Shown here: in pieces, positions 12,894 to 24,671 of the stretch
How positions within the stretch are numbered: position 1 is the stretch's first letter
Layout: each line of letters starts with the position of its first letter
Source of the DNA: Moniliella sp. 'wahieum'
Lineage: Eukaryota
Length of the DNA: 64,000 nt
Direction: 5' to 3'
Assembly (NCBI GenBank): GCA_003971905.1
Contig: RSEE01000114.1
Span: 62,001-126,000, forward strand
The notes under the pieces: model-generated
Databases searched by the model: none
Told to the model about the DNA's origin: nothing
Seen by the model: the letters and a program-made list of their open reading frames with translations, nothing else
Program-made: the position numbers and the translations under genes

Positions 12894-15800
12894 ATGGATA
12901 CGCTCCTCGACTTTAGTCGGGAGCTCGACGTTGGCGCCCTCGACCAGGTTGCCGCCGTCATGTACACCGGCACGGGTGCCGACCAGAAACAGGCGCAGGA
13001 TCTGCTGCGCCAGTTCCAAGAACACCCCGACGCATGGCAACGCGTCCCCACCATCATCACCACCAGCTCCCGCAACGAGAGCAAGTACCTTGCCCTCCAG
13101 ATTCTTGACAAACTCATCAGCACCCGCTGGAAGACCGTCCGCCCGAGCAGCAGCAGGGCATTCGCAACTTTGTCGTCCAGACCACCATTGAGCAGTCGTC
13201 GGACGAAGCCAACCTCCGCCGCCAGCGCGTCTACATCAACAAGCTCAACTCCACCCTGGTTGAGGTACGTTGCGGCTTTTGTGGCCTCTGTACCCCCCCC
13301 CCCCCCCCCACTTACTAATGCTCCTTTCCCCTTGTCCCCACCCACAGATCCTGAAGCAGGAGTGGCCCCACGGCTGGCCCAACTTTATTCCTGAAATCGT
13401 CGCTTCCAGCAAGACGTCATGCCCATCTGCGAGAACAACATGCACATTCTGCGTCTTCTCTCGGAGGAGATCTTTGACTTTAGCGCAGGGTCGATGACCT
13501 CGGCCAAGGCGCAGGCTCTGAAGGAGCAGATGGTGTCGGAATTCTCCGAAGTTTCCGTCTCTGCTCGGAGGTGCTGGAGAAGGCACAGAAGCCTTCGTTG
13601 ATCAAGGCCACGCTTGACACCACTCTGCGTTTCATCACCTGGGTCCCGCTCGGCTTCATTTTTGAGACGACATTCATGGACACGCTTCTGAGCCGCGTAC
13701 GTTTGTCTCTGTGTGACGCTTGTATCGTATATTAACCTGTATGCAGTTCCTTGAGCACCCCGACTACCGCAACGTGACGCTCAAGTGTCTATCGGAAATT
13801 ACGCTGGTCAGCCTGCCGGACTATGATCAGCAGCTGCTGATTCTCTTCCAGCTGTCCATGTCGCGATCAACCGGATGCTGCCGCCGTCCGTCGATATTGC
13901 CAAGGGCTATGAAGACGGCTCGGACGAGGACCAGGAACTGATCAACAACCTTGCCATTTTCATCTCCACTTTCCTTACCCATCACCTCAAGCTTATCGAG
14001 ACGGAAGACCACCGCGCCTTGCTCGAGAATGCGCACATGTACCTCATCAAGATTGCCATGGTGCCCGAGAAGGAGATCTTTAAGATCTGTCTCGAGTACT
14101 TTAGCAAGTTGACCCAAGAGTTTTACGAGGAGATGCAAAAGATGCCAGTGTCCAACCCAATCTTGGGCCTCAACTTGGGCGGTGCATTTGGTGGGAACCA
14201 GTCCGAGGCGGCGGCGCTGGTGGCGATGCGCAAGACTATGTATGCCGACATTTGTCCAACCTGCGGATGGTGATGATTGAGCGCATGGTGAAGCCAGAGG
14301 AGTGCTGATCGTGGAGAACGACGAGGGTGAGATTGTTCGTGAAGTATTGAAGGAGTCGGACGCGATGGTCATGTATAAGAGCATGCGCAGCGTGCTTGTG
14401 TACCTCACGCACTCGACCCCGTCGACACGGAAAATATCATGACCGACAAACTCTCGCGCCAGGTCGATGGTTCCGAGTGGGGGTGGAACCCGCTTAATAC
14501 GCTTTGTTGGGCGATCGGATCGATCTCGGGAGCCATGTCGGAAGACTCGGAACGTCGATTCCTCGTGACAGTGATCCGGGATTTGCTGACGCTGTGCGAA
14601 GCCAAGAAGGGCAAGGACAACAAGGCGGTGGTTGCATCAAACATCATGTACATTGTTGGGCAATACCCACGTTTCTTGCGGGCGCATTGGAAGTTCCTCA
14701 AGACGGTGGTCAACAAGAACTTTGAGTTTATGCACGAGACCCATGAGGGTGTGCAAGATATGGCATGTGATACGTTCCTCAAGATTGCGCAGAAATGCCG
14801 GAGGCACTTTATCATCCAGCAGGCCGGCGAGGCCGAGCCGTTTGTTGATGAGATCCTCCATTCGCTCCACTTTACCACCAATGACTTGAGCCCCTCCCAG
14901 GTGCACACCTTTTATGAGGCGGTCGGCTTTATGATCTCGGCACAGACGGACCAAGATCAGCAAGAGCGGTTGATTGCCAAGTTGATGGAGCTACCCAATT
15001 CGGCGTGGAATAACGTATTGGAACAAGCACGAGCCAACGTCGATGTCTTCAGCTCCCCGGAGAACATCAAAGTTTTGGCCAATGTGCTCAAGACCAATGT
15101 GCCGCCTGCACCTCCATTGGCGGCGGCTTTCCTTCCGCAATTGGCCAGATCTACCTCGACATGCTCGAATGTACAAGAGCGTTAGCACCATCATCTCTGC
15201 CAAGGTCGAGGCCGAAGGGTTGATTGCGACCAAGACACCCATCGTACGTGGCTTGCGGACCATCAAAAGGAGATCCTGCGCTTGGTGGAGACCTATGTAG
15301 CGCGCGCGACCGACTTGCAGTACATTTCCACCTCGATGATCCCCACCTTACTTGAAGCGGTTCTGGGCGACTATGCCAACAATGTGCCCGACGCACGGGA
15401 TGCCGAGGTGCTCAACGTGATGGCTGCCATCACCAACAAGCTGGTGCCCTTCTCCTGCCCCAGATTCAACCGACGATCGATGCAGTGTTTGAGCCTACGC
15501 TGGCTATGATCTCGCTCGACTTTAGCGAGTTCCCCGAGCACCGCGTTGGATTCTTCCGTTTGCTGCGTGCCATCACAGAGAACTGCTTTGAGGCACTCCT
15601 CACCCTCCCGCCCGAGAAGTTCCGACTGACGATGGACAGCATCATCTGGGCCATCAAGCACACGATGCGCGATATTGCCGACCAAGGCTTGGTCATCATG
15701 CTCGAGCTGCTGGACAAGATGCGGTTGGCAGATGCCTCGGTAGCCCAAGCGTTTTACCAGACGTACTTGCTTGCCGTTTGCGCGACGTGTTTGCCGTCCT

Positions 15801-16233
15801 GACCGACGCGGACCACAAATCGGGCTTTGGGGGACAGTCGATGTTGCTGGCGAAACTGTTTGAACTGGTAGGCACGGTGCTGTGCTGGTACCGCTCGGTC
15901 CGGAAGTGGAGGCGGGACAGGCGGACAACAAGCTGTATGTGGAGCAGTACACGGCCACTATGCTGCACAATGCGTTCCCCAATATGGATCCGGCTTATGT
16001 GGAGCGGTTTGTGGTGGAGCTATTTTTGCGCGCGGGCCAGGCCGCCGCATACAAACAAGTTCTTCGCGACTTTCTCATCTCTCTCGCGCGAACAGAGTGG
16101 GGTGCGGTCGGACCATGCCGACTTGTACGTTGACGATAAGGAGGCTCAGGTGGCGGCCGAGATGGCCAAGGCGGGCGAAGTGCCGGGCATGCTCAAGCCG
16201 TCGCAGATGAAGGACGAGGACGAGGAACTGTGA
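12894..16233 (+). CDS. CRM1: Exportin-1 (Crm1/Xpo1); introns about 13266-13347 and 13697-13746; frameshifted
   Basis: [98 protein letters not shown], and C-terminal [17 protein letters not shown]. Confidence 0.97.
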
Positions 16234-16379
16234 GCATTCTTGGGTTTGTTTCGTTTGGGCTTAGGCCGCGCCCGCTCGCCCCCTCGCCCGCTCGCCCGCT
16301 CGCCCGCTCGCCCCCTCGTCGCATGTGTGGGTTCGTGTACGAAACGAAAAAAGAAAAGTATACTACAGGTTGGACTACT

Positions 16380-18791
16380 TTAAGCGACCAAGGGCAGGAT
16401 GTAAATAGAGCAAGTAGGATAGGACAAGTAGGCGTTTGGAGTTTGGAATCGGCTACGGTGTGGGGGCAGGGACAGGGGCAGGGGCAGGGTGCGCAGACGA
16501 GGGCGGAGAAGACGGGGCGGTACGCGCCAAGGCCGCTTGGTCTTGCGCGTGGGCGGCACGTCGACGAGCAGCGTACCAGTCGGGGAGGAAGCCCGGCGCA
16601 TCGAGTGTGCCTTGCTCAATCGCATCCAGCTGCTTCATCAGGTCGTAGTTGGTCTCGGCTGGCACTTGGCTGTCGTGCCGATAGGCGGGTGCGCCTGAAT
16701 AAAGTCGCGGATAAACGTCGCGGCCGTCTTGAGCTTGCCGCTGGCGCGATCCGAAACCAGTGCGAGGTACCGCTCCAACTCACACCGCGTCTCCACGTCC
16801 ATCCGCAGACGGTCGAGGTACGAGCGGACGAGCGGCACCAAGCCGGCAAACTCGCCCTGCGCCGCCGTGGGGTCAGCACGACTTGAAGGAAAGGGAAAAG
16901 GAAAGGTTAGGGGGGGGGGGGGGGACGGGACGTACGGTGCCATTGATCAATTCGTCAAGGGTGAACTCAGCGTCTTCATCTTGCGGCGCAGGCTCTGGGT
17001 CAGGCGAGATGGAGCGCGAGTCTGGGCAAGAAGCAAAAGCGGAGCGAGCAAACGAAGGCGGGTCCGAGGGCAACTCCTTCTCCAAACCCTGGGCGCGCGC
17101 ATGCGAGTTGAGCAGCGCGTCTTTACGGAACCCAGGCTTGCTGTTGGAACTAGCACTCGCCGTCGTGGCTGGTGTGGGCGGCGTACTGCATCGTTCCTTC
17201 TCGGCCGTCAGAGCTTCGCTCAACGCGTCCGGGTTGGGACCGGTAGAGGTAGAGGCAGTGGCGGGACGAACGCGCGCGGTGGCGCGAAATGTCTTTGCGG
17301 AAAAAGAAGCGTTGGGTGTGAATCGCATCGCGTTGCTGGGCGCGCTGCATGTTGATGTCCACCTTGGACAGCGGCATGTAAAAGTTCAGTCCAAAACTCA
17401 GGATGGCACGGGTGAGAAGGACGACAAAGATGCTAAACGCAGCATTCTCAAAGTCGGTGATTTGCACTTCCATCGACCGTACCTCGACCCGCCATCCAAT
17501 CTTGCCACCCAGCGGCGGCGGCTTGAAACGCAGCGTCTGCCAGTTGGTGGACTGGATGTTCTCAAAGTGATCCAAGCTCTGCCGGTCGTCCAGGTCAACC
17601 TCTCAATGAAGATGACGAGCGGGTCACGAATAAGAGGTGGGCGAGGTGACGTGCCAAACGATCGTCTAGGCCATGCTCCTTGAGCCGCGCCAGCACACCT
17701 TCGTCCACAGGGAGAGGGTTGTCATTGTAGTAGGCCTTGTTGGCGGCATCGGTAGACAGGTAGGAATCGACAGAATCGTACCGGCTCTTGTTCATGTGCA
17801 TCCGGCCTTTTCCCTCGGTCAATGGCTTGAGCCCTTTCTCCTCGTCTGTCCGGTCGTCCACAGCGGCAGAGATGATGTTCCAACGCGCATCCACGTCGGC
17901 GAGCCAGCCGCGGTACACAGGGCTGGCCGCCGACAGAGCAAGGAGAAGGGGAGCGACCGGGATCAGCTGGTCATAGATCGTGCGCGCCTCCTTGACGGAG
18001 CATGCTTGAAACGTGGCCTGGAGACAGCAGCAGCCCATGCCAAAGCCCATGGCGTCCATGTAAATGTGATCGGGCAAAGCAGAGCCCTCAAACGCTTCGT
18101 TGTCTCCGGGGAAGAGAGAGCGATGGGGGATGGAAGGGTCGTGGAACGGCCGCGGGGTGTTCACGTCGTGGAAGACAGGCACATTGATGGCCACCTTTTT
18201 GCCGCGCCGCTTGCGGATGTTGGCAGTCAAGGTGGGGAAGCGGACGTGCTGGTTGATGACCTGGTCGGGCAGGAACAGACTCTGGCTCGCAGGGCCGTCA
18301 GGGACATGGGCGGGCTCGATAAAGGGTTTGCCGGGACGCGGAGCGCCGAGCATCGGGTAGCTCGTCACAGTCAGCGGCACCTCGTTGGGCCGGAGATGGG
18401 CACGGACAATGAGCCGGCGCAGACGCATGTCGGGTTCGACCTGGCGCAGCGCATTGGGGCTCGCTTCAAACGGCTGCCCCGGTGTGGTTTCCAGCATAAG
18501 CGGCCATACTCGGGGTGGAAGAGAGGGTAGGAGGCGCTGCGTCCCTCGGCCGGCCTCGAGCTCGTGCAGGATCTCGCCCTGGCGGAGACTGAGCGGGGCA
18601 TTGCGCGCCGCATCATCAAAGGCGACCACCACGTACTCGAGCTCATCGCCCCAGAGCATGTGGTCGCCCTGGCGGTCCTTGACGGCGTCCCAGAGATGGA
18701 GGAACTGGGTGATGCCATGCGTGCGCACATGGTCGGCGAGCTTCTGGGCGTCGGGCCAGTCGTAGGGCGTGCCGAGGGAGAGGAGACCCAT
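16380..18791 (-). CDS. GSH1: Glutamate-cysteine ligase catalytic subunit; intron about 16857-16935
   Basis: MGLLSLGTP, LWGDELEY, HIYMDAMGFGMGCCCLQ, DVDARWNIISAAVDDRT, KSRYDS, DHFENIQSTNWQTLRFKPPP, GWRVEVRSMEVQITDFENAAF. Confidence 0.97.
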
Positions 18792-19782
18792 GGGGAGGAC
18801 GGCGGAGGCGAGTGCGGGCGGGAGGAGCGGTGGGAGGGAGCGGTGGAGAGGCGACGGGTGCGGGTGCGGGTGCGGGTGCGGGTGCTGTGATAAAAAAAGA
18901 AACCCCGAAGAAAAGACGGGCCGAACCGATCAGCGCTCAGGACGTTAAATCCGGCAGTAGCACGCTATCGACCATCAGCCACCGCGGGCGTGTCCGACGC
19001 GCACAGCCGGCCGGCGCCCGTCGCCGCCATCGCCCACTAAGTACTACCATCCGCACCGCCGATCGACGCATGGAGCCATGTCGCCCTCCTGCCTGCGTCT
19101 GGGCGGCACGCGGGGATTGGTCTGTAGCGTCATTCATCATGCGTCCACCCATCCATCCCTCCATCCATCCATCCATCCATTCTCGACAGGGGGCAGGAGG
19201 CGTCGGCTAGGCGCGGGTAATTTGCCCCGTGGCAGTCCCGTGTGGGGAGCGCGTTGCCTGGCCAGTGTGCGCTGTGCGAGCAGGGACGCAGTTTCTTTCC
19301 ACACAGAACCTGCGGCTGCCGTCTCCTATCCGGGTAGGCCACGCCGTTGCTTGTTGCGTGGATCCACAGCGCACTCGAGGCCCAGCAAGCTACCGAGCGC
19401 GCTTAACGCTTAACTTAACGCCATACGCTCACCAGCCAACCTTATTGCGCATTTTCGTTTCAGCTCAACGTTCAGTTGAACTTGAACGCTGAACGAACAG
19501 GCGCTGCGCTCTCCCGCCCCGCCTGTGCGCTCACGCACTCCGTACTCAGTACTCATTTCTCCGCCGCCCGCTCGCTAGCACGCCATTCCAGCCCAACCCC
19601 CTGTCCTGCGTCCACCCCACCCACCTTGCCTACCTCCGCACCCACACCCACACTAAAAGATACAAGATGCATTCATCAGGCCACACGCACACCGCCCATA
19701 CACCAGCGCAAAAAAGCTAGCAGCTTTAAGCACGCTGGCTGCCCCCCCCCACCGCCTCGTCTCTCTCGTCCCAACGTCCAAC

Positions 19783-21259
19783 TCACGTCGAGCCAGTGGT
19801 GGCGCCCGGGGCGTACTTTACTTCGGCAGCGGCCTCAGCTACGGCTCCAGCTCCAGCTCCGTCCGCAACACCGAGGGCGAAGCGTGGGGGGAGTCGTGGG
19901 GGAAAGGCGAGTGGGCCGACGGGCCAGGCGAACGGGAAGGTTGTCGTCCGCCGCGTTGGAGCGCCCGGCGAGCCGGCGTGGTGGGTCGCAATGCTTGTCC
20001 GGCCATGGCGAAGGAGACGGCTTCCTGAGCAGGAGGGGGGCCAGGCGCAGGAACATGAACATGAGCGTGAGCATGAGCAGGGGCAGCGGCAGCGGCAGGA
20101 GCAGGCATGAGGACCGCCTGGCTCGGTCTTCGTGCTGGGACCGTGTCGATGGGAGAGTCCGAAACGCGCCGCGCCCACACATTGACAAAGCAGACGTTTG
20201 AGACGGCGGTTGTAGAAGAAGGCATAGGTCGTCCACAGTACTCCACCCCCGGACGAGTCGAGCGCACCGCGCGGGGGCGCATCGTCCCCCGCGTCCGACG
20301 ATGCTTCGGACGGCGGGGACTCGCCCCGAAACCCGCCTGCGTAATCTTCATCAAAGACCAGGTCGTCGTCAGAGGGTTTGCGCTCGTGGTGCTGGTGGAC
20401 CGGGACAAAGGGCGCCGGGTGCGCCTCGTGCGCCCACTCGTCCGGTTCGGAACCGAGATCGTCGTACTCGCTCCCCACGCCCATTGGTGCAGGCTCCATC
20501 TCGTCCGTATCAATCTCGCCTGTTGCATGCGGATCGGCCTCGAGCGAAGGATGGAACGTGAACACCTCACAATCGTTCACGTCCATAATGTCGTCCACGA
20601 CCGAGGCCAACTGTGCGCCGGGGCCAAGCGGGGGAGGAAAGGAGGAGCTGGTGGGGCTGGATGGGCTGCCGAGGAGCGAGGGCAGGGCACCAGGAAGGGC
20701 AGAGAAGGAGCGTGGCGTGCCCGAAACAGCGGACAGGTGGCGCAGGGTGGTGCTGAGGCTCGACAGCACGCCGTGGGGACTGGCTTCGGCGCGGAAATCA
20801 GCGGGATTGACCGCGCTAAAGTCGTGGTCGGGGAAGGCGAGGTTGAGGGCGGTGATGAGGGTGAAGAGGACCTTGCGGGCCTGCGGGTCGTTGAGCGGGC
20901 CAAAGGCCGAGTCGAAGCTGCCTTGGTCGAGACCATCAGGGAGGGAGAGGGAGAGGGAAACGGAATTGGAATGGGAATGGGAATGGGGGGGAGAGGGGCG
21001 GAGAGGTCTGGCTCTGGAGGGACGTGCTGAGCGGGGGCGCGTCTGCGGCGTCGACGGATCGGGAGAGGAGGAGGTGTGCGTCGCGCTGGGCGGCAGCACG
21101 GGCAGTGTAGTGCTGCTCGAGGGCACGGAGCAGACGGCGTTCGCGCGACACGGCCTTGCACGAGTAGGCCTCGAGACGCGTAAAGATGCGCACGTCGGAC
21201 GACTCGAAGGTGAGCGCGCGCGAGAGGAGCTCGAGCTCGGGGTAGTCGAGATACTTCAT
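19783..21259 (-). CDS. MAF1: RNA polymerase III repressor Maf1 (3' end uncertain)
   Basis: MKYLDYPELELLSRAL..RIFTRLEAYSCK, FGPL....RKVLFTLITALNLAFPDHDFS, CEVFTFHP...DP, LWTTYAFFYNRRLKR. Confidence 0.92.
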
Positions 21260-23809
21260 GGGGGCAAAAGCGGGGGGCAGAGGAGGCAGGAGGGCAACAG
21301 CCAAGGCCTGGCCGCAGATGGTGGCTGCGGGCGACGCGGCGTCTGATTTCTGATTGCGCTGACGCGTCGGGGGGGGGGGAGGGGAGAGGGCAGAGGCTGC
21401 GCTGTGCTGCCTCGTGCCCAGCCCCCTCTCACATCTCACGTAAGCCACGGCTAGACACGCGCACGTGCGCTGACACTGCCCCCCTGCTCCACGTGCGCTG
21501 TGCTGGCCCTTGTCCTCCCACGCCCCTGTCTGCTTATCGCGTCTCCATTCCGCCCGGCGCGGGGCCTGCTGGCGGAACACCCCCCCTGACGTCACCTGAC
21601 CCTGGCGCCGCCTCTGCCCACTGGAAAAAGCACAGGCCACCCCCATCTGCATCACCTCACACTACTATTACGGACCCCATTCTGGTACCAGTGATTCCAG
21701 CGTGTCCGACGACGTCCCTCGGAGCCAGAAGGGGCCTGGGGTATCAGCGATATCAGCATGTGCGCATGCGCATGCGCTTCATATCAAAGCGCCGCTCATG
21801 GCCCCATCTCCCACGTCTCAAGAGTACAGTTGTGGCGCTGATGGGTCCAGGATGCGCGCACCTCCCTATGGACTAGCTGACGACTAACGGCTGACACCAA
21901 ACCTATACTCATCCTCATCACGCAATGCCATATGCATTGGATACTCGCATTAATCACTGTCACTGTCCGAAGAGTCGTCGCTGCTGCCCCCTCCTCCGAC
22001 AGCGACCACGGCAAGTGTCTTCTTCTTGTCGTGCGTGCTCCACATGTGCACGGCATCGTTCGTTGCAATCCTCTGGGCCACGTCTTTGTTCAGCGCCTTG
22101 GCGCTCGGTTCGTGGGACTTTCAGCTGATTCTCAAGTCCATATATGTGCACGTGAGACGCCCCCGGGATGAACTACTTTCTCGTTTCGTTCCTCCCCGTC
22201 GTGACTGGGCCCTTCTCGTAGTTGCGCATCAATACTTTCTGGCCGTCTTACTCTATCATGCACTTCTTGGTGCAGACGTGCTGAATACTGTGCCCATACC
22301 TTGACAAAGTCCGCGAGCTGGGAACGGCCCAGATCCTTGTCGGTGAGAGATTGTTGTACCACGCCAATCTGGGTCCTTAGCTGCTCAAACTGCGGCAGGG
22401 ACAGCGCCCGGGCTCATCAAAAAGCCCTTCCTCCACAGATCGTGCGTCTCGAATTGGTTCAGTCCGATGATCCCGGCCCTTGTCTTCGGTAAAGCAATTC
22501 CCTTCAGGGATGAGCGAGTGGTGGATGGGCGGCTTCTCACCATTCTTCTCGAACTTGTTCCTGTCGGCGACACAAGAGAGCAGCACAGCAGGTTGGAGGT
22601 CACAGTCCATATTGTAGCCATCTGACATCTGATCGCCGATAATCTGGGTTGGTTCAAGCACAGCACACTCGAACAAGCCCCGCACAATACAGTCGGGCAG
22701 ATGGTCCCTGCGCATGGCACGCGTTCAGAGGGGCACCAACGTCTTGCCTAAAGGCGAGCAGGGGGAAACCCGATTGAGATCACGGACGACTCGCACCCCG
22801 ATTCGACCCCTTCGGACATCCCCCCACCTAAAAAGGAGTCCAGTGCGTAGTGACTAGGCAAGTGACTTGGGACTAATAGTGAGATGCTAGTGATGCGGGA
22901 CGCACTGTCCCCTTTTGTCCTTCTGGGTCTTGCGTCCCAATTCTAGGCTCTTTTCCCCGCCAAGGTCTCCCATCGTACACCCTGCACCCAGCTCCCCCGC
23001 ACCCATCCAGGGCACTCTGTTCCCCGCTCCCAACTCTCCGCGCTCAAAGTCCAACATTCAACAGCCCTCTCCCTTTTCCCCTTCAAACTTATGCTCTCGA
23101 TATGGGTTGGGGGCACATGGATATATGAACTGCAATTTCTCCGTATGCGTCTCTCATAGGAGGTAATACCTAGTCCCTATACCTCGTGCTGATGTCGATG
23201 ATGTCGATGAAGTTCAAGGTAGAGGTTGAACGGGCAAGCTGTGTCTTACGCGCCAGGATATGCGCCCCTACGCTCTCCCATGCTTCATGCCTCCCATGTC
23301 CCTTCCATCAGGGTTGGACGATCTATCAAGCTTGAAGCTTGAAGCTTAAAGCTTTTGAAGCTTGAAAAGCAAAGGCAGAACCATGCGGAGGATGGTGATG
23401 ACCACATTTCGCATGGACCCCTCACCCTTCGCTTCCCCTGGTTCGATTCGTGCCGCCACAGACACGCTTGTTGCCAGCGAAGCTCCAGTAGGAGGGTACA
23501 TACGCCGGCAGCAGCAGTGTTGCATGAGCTAGTGTTGGTGGGTTCTGCGCCAATTAACGCTGTAGCGCGTAGCCACCATTGAACCTTTCAAATCCGAGTT
23601 GCGGCGCAAGCGCACAGACCAGATCATGCAGACGCATACACTGCCCCCTTGCTTGACGGATGCATGGCATCCGATTGGTGTCGCCCGACACATGCGGACA
23701 CTGTCACAGGTCACATGTCATGCATGTCACGGAGGAAGGGTTCTCCTGTGCGTTGGTCGTTTTCCTGCTCCGCCCATAGGACGCAGGCATAAGCCTCTCC
23801 CCTACGGCC

Positions 23810-23816
23810 TATATAA
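23810..23816 (+). promoter_or_regulatory. TATA box of the metallothionein gene
   Basis: TATATAA about 70 bp upstream of the ATG at 23884, followed by a pyrimidine-rich tract. Confidence 0.55.
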
Positions 23817-23883
23817 CCTGCCCGCCGCACCACCTCTCCTTGGCTCTCTTCCCTCACCCCCACCTTTTCCCCCGCCATTGATC

Positions 23884-24090
23884 ATGTCTGTACGTCCTCC
23901 ACCTCTCTGCCTGCCTAGGCGACCCACCTCCCTTCCGGGCGGGCAACTGACGCTCTACTGGCCTTGGCGCTCGTACATGGACATGATATTTGACAGTGCC
24001 CTGTGGACCAACTCGTCGTGCTCGTGCAGCAGCGCCTCGACGGCCTGCTCGTGTGGCACGACATGCTCGTGTGAGGGGTGCAAGAAGTAA
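23884..24090 (+). CDS. Small fungal metallothionein (about 33 aa); intron 23890-23996
   Basis: ATG TCT|GTACGT...CTGAC...GACAG, then exon 2 encoding TNSSCSCSSASTACSCGTTCSCEGCKK*. The frame joins if two homopolymer bases are restored, giving MSCPCGTN. Confidence 0.85.
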   Translation: MSVRPPPLCLPRRPTSLPGGQLTLYWPWRSYMDMIFDSALWTNSSCSCSSASTACSCGTTCSCEGCKK

Positions 24091-24671
24091 CTCGCTCTTG
24101 TGCCATGGTCCCCCTTGCACGTGCCCCCCTCTCGTGTACTCGTGGAGTGCATGCCTGGTACCAGGGCGACCGCCCATTTGGGTCCCCCCGCTGGGCCACT
24201 CCGGCGTCGAGCGCCCTCTGCTTCCAGCGAACCTAGGTGCGACGCTCCGCAGCAGTATGCGTGGGCTGGACAATCAATGGCGTTGACAGAGAGTTTGGGT
24301 GTGCTGGGTGGTGGCGATGGGATGGATGGATGGGTGGATGGATGGGCGAGGATGGATGGCGGATGGCCGGCAGTCGGTAGCTATGGTCGGTACCAGTACT
24401 TCGTGGCCAGTGGCTAATTGCTTGTGGGCAGTGGCTAGTGGGGTTGGAACATTGAACGTTCAAGTTGATTTGGAACACATGAGGGACCGCCTGACGTAAG
24501 CCTGCTTGGGGGTTAAATTTTACGGTCGGGAACGGACTTGTGCTGTGTGGCCGGTTCGGCTGAGATGTATTTGATGTGAGAAGAGCCCAACCGCCTATGG
24601 GTCTCCCGAGCACACCGGCCCAGCCAGTCCATCCATCCTTCCTTTGCCCTTTGGCTCCCTTGGCACCCACC

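Noticed and set aside
23440..23450. GGTTCGATTCG B-box-like word, possible tRNA or SINE
   Set aside because: No A box at suitable spacing and no cloverleaf.
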